From Lama glama (taxonomy: Eukaryota): a stretch of 64,000 bases of DNA. The first letter of the stretch is position 1, and each line of letters starts with the position of its first letter. The stretch covers positions 98,644,001 through 98,708,000 of the forward strand of contig CM052816.1 in NCBI GenBank assembly GCA_028534125.1, in the 5' to 3' direction. Of the stretch, positions 49,526 to 61,965 are shown piece after piece. Position numbers and translations under genes: made by a program. Below the pieces are notes generated by a model. It saw nothing but the letters and a program-made list of their open reading frames with translations, had not been told where the DNA came from and did no database searches.

Positions 49526-52500
49526 GGAGGTGCATCACAGTGAAAACATCGTGCCCTTGGGGCCAGTTACTCTGTGTGGAAGAGGTTTGGCTAGCATTTG
49601 TGAAACAGAAGAGACAGCAGCAGCCTGTGCGAGAGGCTGTGCGTCCCGTGAGTGGGGAGTCTCCACGGGAGGCCATGAGTGTGCTGGGAGTTCACGCCCT
49701 CTGCAGACGAAGCTCTCTGGGGAAGGGCAGCGATGGCGGCTGTGGAAGGGGTCCACCCACACACGCGGGTCCTCCGAGGACACACGGCGTCACATCCCCG
49801 CTGGGAGAAGCTCACTCAGCCTCCTCTCTGCTCGCCAGATGGCAGTTATTCTGACCAGGGTGGCAGCCCGCCTGACATCCTGCGGTTTCAGCTGTCCCCA
49901 GTGATCCCTCTTCCTTCCCGCTGTGACTTCGCTCTGGTGTCCAGGCTTTAGTTCCAGGTCAAAGTCTTTGCAGCCACTTCACACCCCGGTCTCCCTTTCC
50001 CCCACAGCACCTGTCAGGGTCCTTCCCAGAAGCTGTCATGTCACCTGAGCATGTGAGCCTTTTAAAATGGTCCACGGAGGAAAGCCACCCAGGGCTCAGC
50101 TGGGCTCTGGATTCGCTCTGATTCTCCTGAACCCCATCCCAGGCTGGCGTGCGGTGGAGGAATAAGACAGAGGACCTCAGATTTCCCAGGAGCTCCAGAA
50201 GTAACCAGATGGCGATTCAACTCGGATTTCCAGGGACCTGTGTGAAGAGGGGTGGCAGCCGTCTGAACGGATCTTGGGCTTACTTGATGGAAGGAGGAAG
50301 GAATGTGGCACAGAGGAGGGACTGAGACTGCACGCACAGAGGACCGGCTCTGCATCTAACTGCCAAGAGCACTTGTGCCGCTCGCAGGAGAGAACCGGGC
50401 AGGCGCAATGCGTTTACACAGACAAGGCTTTTCCTCGCCCAGTCCGTGTGGGCCGTTCGCCACAGCCTTTTGGAAGCTGCGGCGCTGCCACTATACGTTG
50501 TGCTGGAGGTGGTACAGCCAGCTGAGCTTCGTGGGGAAGAAATGTTGGCAGCAACGCCGACTTTAAATTGATATTAATGTCAGGATGGCTTTTTATAGTT
50601 TTCCTGAAAGTTTTAGCAACAATAGATCAAGGCAAGCTTCGTGGTACCTGAACTCGAGTCAAGCTTGCATTTCTGACGCGTATTTAATTTGGCTTTGGCA
50701 CAGGGTCTCTGTTTTCTCGGGTTTTACATCATTTGTGAGGTTGCGTGGATACACTCTAACAAAACATCATCTATAATCAAACGAGGCTCACAGAAGAAAG
50801 AAATGCATGCCAATTCCGACTAATCTCAGCCTTTGTGGGAATAGCTGTTTGCTATCAGTGATTAGCCAAACATCTGTGTCAACACTTTCTGAGCAGGAGA
50901 TAGAGATGTCGTTAATCACCACGGTCACAGTGATATTTCTAGCTCCACAGAGTTGGGGGGGCTCCTCCCAAAGACGTGTCCCATCTAAGCTCTTCTGAGT
51001 AAAATCCACTCTCCTAATTAGTTATGATAATTAAAGACACAGATATTTGCATGAGATGCGTGTGCATCTGTGTGTGCGTGTTTGTGTGTGTGTTGGGCAA
51101 ATCCATTTTGTCTTGTTTCACACTAAACTTGCTAACAAAACGACCTCTGGTCCTTCTTATGGGGCCATTTTAGGAAGAAAGACATTTTCTGCTCCCCTTG
51201 AACAGAGGCATATGGTCCCCACTACACTCTAATCCAGGCATCACTCAGCATTTTCTGGGTTGAAAAGAGGCGTGTGTGCTCTTCAAGGATGGTTTATGTG
51301 ATTAAGAAGGACAACGATTTCCAATAATTGAATCCTTTGTCTGACATCTCGTACAAGAGCCCACATCTGCACTTCATTGTCCTACACAGAGATGGCAGTT
51401 CTGGGTGACTGCTGCGGGGAGCACGTTTCTCCTGGTGATGACAAACATACCGCTGCTGGACAACGTCGTCCACACGTTTGCTGCCGGGGTGGCAGGGACT
51501 GCGTGGACCACACCTGGGGCAGGAGAGGCCGCCCTTCTGCACCAAGGCTTTGCCTCCTACTAAGGCTGTGCTTGGCCGGCCATCCCTTCCGTCCACCTGC
51601 GACATCCCTTGATGTCATCCTTCTGCAGCGTTGACATCGCACAAAAGTGTGGTGAGTGATCTGTGCACATTGGCAGCCGGACAGTTTTCTCCAATTTAGA
51701 TGCAGTCGTCGATGGAGCTGAAGGAAACCCCTGCTCCCAGCCTGGGGCCAGCCTGGTGCCTCTCCTCTCGGTTCCCCTGCCCTGGAGACCGCAAGGCACA
51801 GGGGGCACTTCCAGCCCATCTGAATCAACTGGATGAAGCACTGATGTCGGGGTAAGCAGCTGTGTATTTTGTCAGCTGCGTCCTCCATGGGCACGTGTGG
51901 TTCTCCAAGCCCTCAGAGGAGGCCGACCCGAAAACGTTGAGTCATCGGATCAACTCTCTTTAAACCCAGAGACAAATTCCTTGAGTTTAATAAAATGAAG
52001 TTTTAAATAAAATGAGTTTTTCTTCCTACATGTCCATCCCTATTGAATCTGGCTTCTTAAGACCCTGACGGTGGGGTGAGAGCACAAGGGGGGGAACAGA
52101 GCAGCCTGGGCTGCTCCGGCCCCGGGTCCCAGTGGGCCCTTTGAATTAATGACACCAAATGGATGGAATCCAGGTTCCGACTTGACCTCACTCTGGACAA
52201 GAAGTTTTGTCTTTTTGTTTCCCAAAGTTTGCCTTTTTGCTTTGTAAAATTTCACCTATGAGGCAAGTTATCACACAGCCAACCCTGGCAAAACAGCTCT
52301 GATACATCTCGGGAGAATCTGTGTAAGGCTTGCAAGCCTCTTTCCAAACTGCTCCTGCTCGCTTGGGAGGACGCACCAGCCACGACTGAGGGCCTCTTGT
52401 TTCCAGCTGGGTTTGCCATCGGCTCCCGCCATCTTCAAGTCACAGAGCTTCCAGCCTGGCCCTCAGGGTTTCACCCACTTGTGTCCATTGTTCTGGGTTT

Positions 52501-53356
52501 TTCATATTTAACCAGGAAAACCATTTATTGCCCTTCCTGAGAAGCTGAAAACTGATGGGAGAGATGACTGGCTTTTTATTTTATTTCCAAGTCAGCGGAT
52601 CTGGGAGGAGACACGTTTCTTGGTGGAGTAAACCCCGACCTCTTGTCGGGATGACAAGTGCCCCTGAGTCCTGCATTCCTGTCCCGGAATTCAAGTGCTA
52701 AGCAGAAACTCAGTCCAATGTCTTCATGGAAGCAGCACCAAAATTACAGGGGGACAAAAATGTAGCTGAATAGGAGGTTCAGATGCGCAAACAGGTTTCA
52801 CTAAAATGGGAATACTTAATGTTTTTCCAATAATTTTATTGTACGTCACCCTAGTCGGACTCCTCCCCTCAGCTGTATTTGTAACATCACTGGATGGTAG
52901 CTGGGACCGTGTCACCAGCAGGCTCCCCAATTGGTGTGTGGTGAGAGCAGGGGTGACCGCTGAGTTACGTTCTGAGGCGAAGTCCCCCCGTTGGCTCTAA
53001 GCATCCACCACCTGCTTTCTTGGGTTCTTAGAAGATTAGAGCCTGGGGCACCTGCAACCTGTACACACTTGCTACCACTTTGCTTTTGAAAATACTGTTC
53101 ATTGCTACCAGACTGGTGGGCACTGGAAAACACAATATTCTTTCTTGTCAAACGTGTGGATCAGTTAAAACGTGTAGTTCGAATCGAGATACTCACATTG
53201 CAATGAAGCGATAGGGCCCTATCACTTTTAGACTTAAAGGAAGTTTTCAGCAAGGCTTACTTTTCTATGATGGAAATGAAAATAAAAGCTTGTTCATTTC
53301 AGGGTCAAAAAAGAAATCACTTGCTCTGGGAGACAATATATAAAACCTTAGGACTT

Positions 53357-53485
53357 CGTTTTTGGGGGTTTTAATTTGTTCTTGTGGGGAGAATTAGGTT
53401 TATTTTAATGGAGATACCGGGGATTGAACCCAGGACCTCATGCGAGCTAAGCGCGCTCCTCCGCTGAGCCGCACCTGCCCCTGCT
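53357..53485 (-). mobile_element. Vic-1-like camelid tRNA-derived SINE
   Basis: Minus strand reads gctcagcggaggagcgcgcttagc...gaggtcctgggttcaatccccggtatctccattaaaataaacctaatt: A/B-box tRNA head plus a Vic-1-type tail. Confidence 0.8.
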
Positions 53486-56049
53486 GAGCCTCGGGGCTCT
53501 GTCGCTGGCCTCGGTGCGCTGGCTCAGGGCGGGTGGCTGTCTTTGAGGGGGTATGTTTGAGCTGATCACGGAGGTGTGAGGGGACCAGCAGGTGAAGGGG
53601 GCGAGACGCACATCCCAGGCCAGGGGAGAGGACTCACCGTGTCCACATCCACTCTGCACTGAGTCTGACTTCTGCCACCTTCCACCAGGCATCAGCCGGG
53701 GTCCTGGCCCATCCTCCAGCGCCACACGCTTCCGGTGGAGCGTGTCCTGCGCATTCCCGGTCTCCCAGGGAGGGTAGCGGTCTAGCTGCCTCTCTCCCGG
53801 GCACCGTCGCTCGGTGTCCCCATGGCCCACAGTCCCGGCCGGTTGTCACCCCCGTGCCCAGTGCAGCTTGTGCCCTGCTACCCCGTCTTCCCCGGCCACA
53901 GCTCTGCTCTTCCTCCAGGCTGAGCCACGGTGCCCCTACATCTCCTACCGAGTCTAGCACATGGCAGGTGCTCGGCAGACACCAGCTAAGGGAGGGAAGG
54001 CGTGCGCACCAGACACCCACCCACACGTCTCCGGGCGTCACGTGGCGGGGCGGGTGAGCCTGGGCACGCTCACCCCCGGGAGGAACCTTGTCAGGATGAG
54101 GACGCAGCATCTGCCTGATCCCTTCTTGAGAATAACCAAGCATTTTAAAACTCCCTTATTTAACCAACAATCTCCTTTTATTAGCCTCTTTTTGTGGAAA
54201 TGAAACATGACTCACTTCTTCTGGACAAAAGCAGTCCATCCCTTCCTCTGCTGTTCCTTGCTCCTCCCAAGGGCACTGGCCTCTCTCAGCTTTCTTTAGC
54301 ACTCATGTCTTCTCTCCTCCCTGGGTCCAGGGCTGCTCACATCTGCTCGCGTGGCCTCTCCCTGCAGTCCTCTTTCTCTCACACAGCCCTCTCCCTCTCC
54401 CCTCCCATGTCCACAAACACTCACATACCTTTCCCCTCGGCTCGAGCTCCCTCCGCACCCTCCAGCTAGAACTCCCCCGTCGCAGCTGGACGGGGCCAGC
54501 CCGGAGCTGGGGAGATTAGATCACTGTGGCTTGTCTACTCAGCTGTGCTCCTGGCAGGGCCCCGGAACCACTAATCCCATCCCTTGTGGTGGAACCGAGA
54601 ATTTAGTCTCAAATCCACTTTCCAGGCTTGTTCAGAGTCCCAGGAACATGACGCATTCATAATAAAGCCAAAACACGAGTCACCTAGCCTGTAACCTAGC
54701 ACCCACTTCCAAATGTCTTCCTGCAGGTCCCATCGCCCCGCTGGGGGCCGGGGGTGCCTTGGGAAGAGCTTTCCAGCTGTCGGTGGGAGTGGCTGCTGAT
54801 AGGAGCCCCGCGGCTGGTGGTGCTGAGGTCTGGGGACACCGTGTGCAGCGGGGCTGTTCCTGGGATGATGAGGGCAGTGGCTGCTGCTTCGGGGTAGAGG
54901 AGCCTAGCATGCTGGCCTCATTCTGGCCACACCTTGGCACGGCACTAGACACACCTAATCTGGAATTTGACGGGTGAGACAGGACCTGTGGATTGGGTCC
55001 AAACCAGAAGAATGTCAAAGGCATGCCAGAAGGGAGTAGGGGATTAGGTAATTGGGAGGGGAAGGGGCCAGTCCAGGATTGGACTCTCTGTCCATCTATG
55101 GTCACCAGCAGTCATGGTGGCCCAAGATCTACGTGAAGGTAAGGCCAGAGATGTCAAAATAACCACTCTGCTTGAACACAGACCACACAATCATGGGTTG
55201 TCAGAGCTGACAGTGACTTTCAAGCTAGTCTAAGATCCACGAGGTCGGACCAGTTGCCCAAGGTCACAGAGATTAGGTATCAGTCTCCAAGTCCCCCTTC
55301 CCTTCCTCCCAGGAGCCTCTTCCATATATGCGCACACTAATGCCGCAGGGAACACGGGTGGGTGCGGGGCAGGCGTGCGTGCTGGCTGCTCCTCCGAACA
55401 CCTCTGTTGCCAGCCGTGAATCTCTGTTGGGGACATGCTGTGGTTTTGTGGTTGTTAGAAACTTTATATTCCAGCATCGCTTAGAAGAAAAGAGGAACTC
55501 ATTGGCAGCAATGAGCCCAGTGAGCAGGACATCCACCCATCCTTCCTCCATCCGAGCAGCTTCGTGTGGGGGGATCTGCTTAATGCTGCCGGAACCCCTC
55601 CTCTGCCTCCACCCCGCCAGCTCGGAAGCTGCCCTGTTCTTCTTTGAGCCTGTCTCCATGGCCTTCTTGATTAATCCAGGGATAGGAACCTGATCTACTA
55701 GGAAACTCTGAGTCTTTTCCCAGGGCTTTGGAGCAGGAAGTCCCCAGTGGGGAAGCTGAACCACAGGGGCCAAGGGCATTCTGGGTGCCATGTTTCCTGC
55801 CTTTTGGAGGAAGGGTCTGGGCTCACAGTGGCCCCCTGGGAGAACCAAAGATGAGGTCCTGACACTGAGGAAGCCTGACACCGTCTCCACCTGGGGGTCA
55901 GGGCCCCGGGGCTCAGAAGCACCCCGGGGTTCAGCTCTTCCTTAGATTCTGTCATCCAGTTAACTGGTGTTTCACCGATGTTCACTCCAGTCGGTTTCCT
56001 GTCTCTTGCCACCAAAGGAGTCTTATCTGACTGGAAGCCTTCCATTCTA

Positions 56050-57290
56050 GACTCTAAGTACTTATTAAAGAAAACTCTATACCACTGAAGTGAACCAAGC
56101 AGAAGTCAACTGCCTTGTTTTATGTATAAAAATGGCAGGTCCTAGGGATGGGGCAGAGGAAGTCAAAGATGAGCTTGGAACATCCTATTGTGTCAGACAG
56201 GAAGACAATGCTAAAGAAAAGACAGGGTCTTGTGACAAGGACACAGATCCCAGATGCCAGTGGAAGGAGCTCCCAGTAGCCACGTCTGGGTCAGTTTTCA
56301 TTCCAGCGTCACTGAGAGTGGTAATGAATTATTGCAAAAACCCCTGCATTCTTGTCAACAATAAATAGATACGCAGAATAAGTAGGGGAGAAGGGCAGGC
56401 TCTTGCCTTCAGTGAAATGCCATGTTCAGCTGATAAAGTCGAGGGTGAACCGGGTTGAAAAAGCTTCATTAGCAGCCGTCGCTGTGCGGAGCGGTACGGG
56501 CAAGACTCACCAGTGGCGCTCTCGGCCCATGCGGGGAGGGGGGCTGGGATGGGTTCTGGTGAGGGGTACGTGGTGGGATATATATATAGATACTTTAGGA
56601 ACTGCCTTCCCGCAGATTTCTGATTAGAAACAAGGGGAAAACTAGTGACCGCAGAGGGAGAAACTGGAGCCCACCACTGCTTTAGCAATGAGGGCAGACA
56701 ACACCCCGTGCTCCCGGCGCGGTGTGTGTTGCGTAGTTTCCCTCATGCGGGGCATAGACCAGCTTGTGAGCAGACGTGACAAACACACACTGAGAACACA
56801 GCCCAAGAAAGCCAGAAAGATGGGATTCCAAACGGGATTCAGCTGAGAGGAGGCTGAAAGATGGGATAACTGGAGGTAGGATACGGTCTGAGACTGGCTC
56901 CTTTACTGGAGGGGAAATGCCATAGAGGACACTGTGGAGCCAGCTGCCAAAACTGAAACACACACAGCGGGCCAGATACACAGATACAAGGATTGCATCA
57001 GCGTTAGCGCCACCGCAGTTGGTACCTGTACTGTGTTCATGCAAAAAAAAGCACACCCGTTTTCAGGAGAGAAGAGTCATGATGTAAGCAAGCTATTCTC
57101 AAATGATTCAGAAAAGATTATATACATCCACAGACGTAGACAGAGAGGACAGATGGAAAAGCAGATGGGAAAAAAGGAAACAATATTTGATTCTCAGTAG
57201 AAGGCATACAAGTGTTCTTGTTCTTTTTAAAAAACTTTTCCTCTAATTTCAGAATTCTTTCCACGTGAAATTGAAAACAATAGCAAAAGC
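56050..57290 (+). mobile_element. Old L1 (L1MC/L1MD-like) 3' region
   Basis: ggtcctagggatggggcagagg...gatgagcttggaacatcctattgtgtcaga...ggagctccca...ttctcaaatgattcagaaaa. Confidence 0.65.
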
Positions 57291-60200
57291 AAAGCAGTCT
57301 ATCCCCGAAGAAGGAGACCCAGACCTGCCCGGGTGCCAGGGCCCCGGACCTTCCCAGTCTGTTCGAATTCAGCAGTGCGGCAGCAGCCCCAGCCCCAGGG
57401 CGCCGCTTTCCTGCCCCCTGTCTGGTGACTTTCTCTTCTCCAGGGTGTTTGTTTCAATTAACCTCCAGGTAGCAGAGGGTGGGAGCAGCCCAGCTGCCTG
57501 CCAGCGCTAAGACTTGGCTCTCCCGCAGCCTCAGAGAAACTGTAAATAAACCAAAACGCAGGGGACATTATTTGATCTGGAGAAGGGTTACTTAAGCGTT
57601 CCAGGATGTTGGAAACAAAAGATACTTTAAATACCACAAGGCCTTCAAGAGTGATTTAGAGGATGTAGTTCTGCCCAGTGTGAGCTGACAGCCATTGGAA
57701 GGAAACTGCAGCTAAGAACTAAAGCCCCAAATGTAAGAGAAAGAATTTTTTAAAAAATCTGGCGTCTTAGACGCCAAGATTTCAGCAAACCTCATTTTTA
57801 AGCAAACGATAAAAGGATCGACATGTATCTGAAAATCCTTCATCTCCTGATGTTGCAGTTAGCTGCTCCTGAGTGCGTGATTCCGTTCCCTCATTGCAGC
57901 GTCTACAGGCAGCAGACACGGTGGCACTGCCAGGTGGTCAAGCTAAAGGGACAACATCAGTGTTTCGCAAGGTGGGGTCGCTGGACCAGCAGAATCGGCA
58001 CCACCCAGGAATCTGGGAAAGCAAGTGACTGGGCCCCGCTCTGACCTGCCAAATCCAAGCCCTGGGTGTGTTTTCACAAGCCCTTGGGTGGTTCCGTGTC
58101 CACGACAGTGTCAGAGCCACGAGGCTACATCCCACTCCCAGCCTTCATTCCATCGGAATGTCAGTTGCTCAAGCAGGAAGGTTTTAATCCAGGCCTGTCA
58201 TTCCCTGTAAACTTGGGGAGATCAAGTCAAATATGGCACCTAATTGTAAGTTCAGGGCACTTGATCAGAAGACTTCTCCTTTTCTGTTTCTTTTTTCTTG
58301 TTATTTGTTTATTCAAAATTACATCAAGCCAGACTTATCTAATTCAAAGGGGTTCTCAACCTTGCTGCAAAATGACAGGCAGCATCCATTCTTTTATTGA
58401 TCCCGCGACATGGAGTGGGTTGGGTTTCCCCTTGAAGGGCACGAGGGAGGGCACCAGCAGGTGTGTGAGCCCCGGATCCCGTCTTCCCCGCCCCCCGGGG
58501 TCAGGGGGGCACAATGTGGGAGAGAGAAGGGGTGTCTGGCTCCGGGTGGGGACCGCGTCCCTGGCCCAGAGTGGGGCAGTCTGCACGCACTTCGGGGCAC
58601 ACACGGGTGTCCAGGGGAGCACAGCCCCTGACCTGAACCAGGACATCCGCTTGCAGACACCCCTGGGCAGAGGTCTGTAAAGTGTCAGGGTCTGGAATGG
58701 GTAGGGCCCGTCAGCCCTGTGCTCACAGGCACAGGGATGTGCTTCTCTGCCTAAAAGTCACCCCTCGGGAAGCTGAGGGGCCATGGAGAATTTGGAGTTA
58801 GGGTCCAACTCACCTTTCTCTTTGGCGACTGTGGGATCTTGGGCGTCAGAGCTGTCCACGTCAGGGTCCGCTGTGGCCCATGTAGGAAGCGGAGGCTCTG
58901 TCCTCAATGGACGGAGAGAAAAGGTGTTGGCAAAGGCGCTCCCCCATCCTCTCTCCAGCATACCCTGATCTCCGCTGAGCCTCTGCCCCAACACCTCCCC
59001 TGACCAACCTACCTTCTCAGGCTGTGATGGGAGTAGCGAGTTCTTCACCACCTAGGCCAAGAGGCAGAGTCCGCCCAAGGCGGGGGGGGGGGGAGGGGGC
59101 AACTCAGGAAGAGAGGGTCTAAGCCACTCCAACCCCGGGTGGGCTCCTCCGTGCTCCCCATGTGGAAGGCACCCCAAGACAAGGGCCCCACCCCATCACC
59201 CCGGACCCATGCCTGTACTCCCTCACAGCCCCTGTCCGTCTGGCCACCCCACCCCGCTCTCAGGAGAGCCATCTGTCCCCCGAGGAGGCCATCCTGCTGG
59301 GGTCCTCTTCCCCCTCTCCCTCCACCACGAGCCCCTGCCGGGGGACGGTGAGCCCGAGGCCCCAGTCCCACTGTCTCACCACCAGTGAGCATCTCGCCTG
59401 CCATGCTTGGGCGGCGACCTACCAGTGAGCCCACCTTCAAAAATAACAACAACAACAAAACCCCATCACTTTGCTCAGAGGAAGACACAGCTTATCTAAC
59501 CTGGTCAGACTCCTTCCCTGATTCTGCAACTGCCTGGCCCCGAACGTGACCCCACTGCTCAGCAGGGCAGGCCTGAATCCTTTCTGACCGTGTGGTGGGC
59601 GCAGACCGAGCTGAGGGGCGCCCCCTGGAGTTGAGACACGCAAATGCGCCCTGTGCTGCTGGCATCTCCTTTAGCTGCCCTGAGAAGGGGGCTTCCTTCC
59701 CCCACCCTGGTTTATGTTAATTGTACATTCATTTCGCTCTGGACGGAGACACCCTGTTGGGTACTTCAGGGGAAATGAAGGCCTCAAGTTAATGCTCAGT
59801 GAAGAGAAAGAGTCATTAGACCGACTCATCAGGGTCCTTCCTGGAGGCTCCCCTCCCCTTGTTCCCTGGACGGTGGGCTCCCATGCGCAGCGGTCTTGCC
59901 CCCATTCACAGCCTAGCGCAGGGTAGGTGCTCAGTGCATACACTGACGAATGGATCGGTGCACTAATGATAAAGCATCATTAACCTGCTTCCATGGGAAA
60001 ACACACACTTGTGCGTGAAATGAGCTAAAACTTAGGCTATAAGCCAGAAGTATCTTCATAGGCATCTTTTGGAGCTCTTGGTCTGTCTGCAGCCACCCCA
60101 CTTCTCCAAAGTCACCCAAAGGGATGAGATAAAGACAGAGACGCATGATGCAGTAGGTCTGGAGGATGCAGTCTTGGGAAACTCACAAGCCAGGGCTGCA

Positions 60201-60316
60201 GGACCCGCCCCATCCATCATCAGACGCTTGTTTCTACAGAACTTGGATGGAAAGGAAGGCTTTGCGTGGCCTGGGCAGCCAAGACCAAAGTCGAGGTTAG
60301 AAATTAGAAGCTGCGA

Positions 60317-60490
60317 GGGAACAAACCAGTGGTTCCCAGTGAGGGGGGCAAGGTTGGCCGGGAGTAGGAGGTACAGACGACTGGGTATAAAACGGATGAG
60401 CTACAAGCGTATAGTCCCAGCACGGGGAAGCAGAGCCTAATATACTACTGTGAATCAACTATGCTTCCATTTAAAATATATTTTTAAAAA
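60317..60490 (+). mobile_element. Short L1 3' tail with an 18-bp target-site duplication
   Basis: gaacaaaccagtggtt...gtgaatcaactatgcttc plus A-rich tail; flanks AGAAATTAGAAGCTGCGA (60299-60316) and AGAGATTAGAAGCTGTGA (60491-60508). Confidence 0.75.
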
Positions 60491-61799
60491 AGAGATTAGA
60501 AGCTGTGAATTTATAAAGGTGTCCCCCTGCCTCGACAGGAGGTGAAGCAGTAGTCACTTCTTAGAAAATGCGTTCTTACCCTTGGTTGTCACCGTTTAGC
60601 TTCTTCCGTCCTAAGTTTATGTGGTGCCTCTCTCGCTGGCCTCTGAGCAGGGTGATGTAAGAAGAAAGGGCTCCCCAGGCGGGAAGGGCCCGGCCAGGGC
60701 GGCTCCGGGGACGAGAGCAGGCGGGAGCGGGGCTGGAGTCCCGCTCTCTCAGAAAAAGCACCTCCCCGTGGTCGGCTGACCTGCAAGAGACTCTCTGACG
60801 AAGCAGAAGGAAATGGGACATTTTTCTCACATTAGAGTTAACTCCCTGTTCTGATTCACTTCTCACCATCAAAATGCTAACTGATGGCAAGTATATGCAT
60901 TTGCGAAAGAGGAAACAACGGGGAAATGGATTACGGGGCTGAGAAATGATTCTGGGACCTGACTTGTTCTGAGTCTGGTCTACAGAATATTCCCTAACTT
61001 CTGAAAACTAGTTTCTACCTCTGTCTCTCTTTTCAAATCACTCCCTCTACATGGAACACTCTTTTCTTGTGTGATATGCCAGCTCTGGGCTCTATGCCAG
61101 AGAGGCTTCCACGTGCACGGTTCAGAAAAGAACACAGATGCCGGGGGCCCGCTCTGGGAACCCCAATTCAGTGGTCTGCGGCGAGAGCCTGACCCCGGGC
61201 CCATCCCAGGCCTCTCCTCACAGGCTTTCTGCAGCTGCCAGGGCCCTTCTTTGAACACACGTAGAGAAACCTCACCCTCAGCTTTTTAAATATATGCTGT
61301 TTTTGCAGCAGAATTGTGTCCCTGGAGTTCAGCCGCCAAACCCTGGCACGTGACGCGGCCGCCCCCTGACAGGTCTGTGTGGCGGGAAGGCCCCTTCACC
61401 GCCACGTGTCTCTGCGGGGCCCTGCATCTGCGGTCCTTTCTGGGGACTTTCTCCAGCTCCCCCATCAGGGTCCGGTCACTCCTGCCTGGGAGGTCTCCCT
61501 TTGCCTGCCCTCTGGGCTGGGACGTCCTCTGACCTCCTGCCCTGGCAGGCCGCCCTCCCCTCCCACTTCCCCACAGAGGGTCACTCCTCTCCACCAAAGA
61601 GACCCCGTCCCTGACTGGTGAGAAGCTTCTGGACCTGACTGTGTGTCCTCCCCACGTGGCAACGGCCCGTCTCCCCCTCTTCAAAATGTCTCTCTTTACC
61701 AGGTCAAGAGTAGTTTTTATTTGACTTTGGGCTGAAGCAGCCCCAGAGGGCTAGAAGGAGCCCAGGCAGGTGCCATCCGGGTCTCAGCCCTGCTTTTTC

Positions 61800-61965
61800 C
61801 TGCTGGGTGACCCCGGGCAGCACTCACACGCTCTCTGCCTCAGGGCCCCTGTCTGTCCGGGTGGAGACGGTAGATGACCCCATCGCCCTACGCTCAGAGG
61901 ATTGTCTTGAAAATTAAATGAGAAATTTCGCATAAACACTCTGTCCAGGGCTGAGTAGCTGTAAC
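61800..61965 (+). mobile_element. MIR SINE
   Basis: gggtgaccccgggcag...ctctctgcctcag...ctgtctgt...cagaggattgtcttgaaaattaaatgaga. Confidence 0.65.

Noticed and set aside
53415..53485. tRNA-like sequence with a B box (GGTTCAATCC)
   Set aside because: It is the degenerate head of a SINE with a characteristic tail, not a tRNA gene.
59082..59099. G12-A-G5 run, a possible G-quadruplex
   Set aside because: Homopolymer length is error-prone and there is no functional context.
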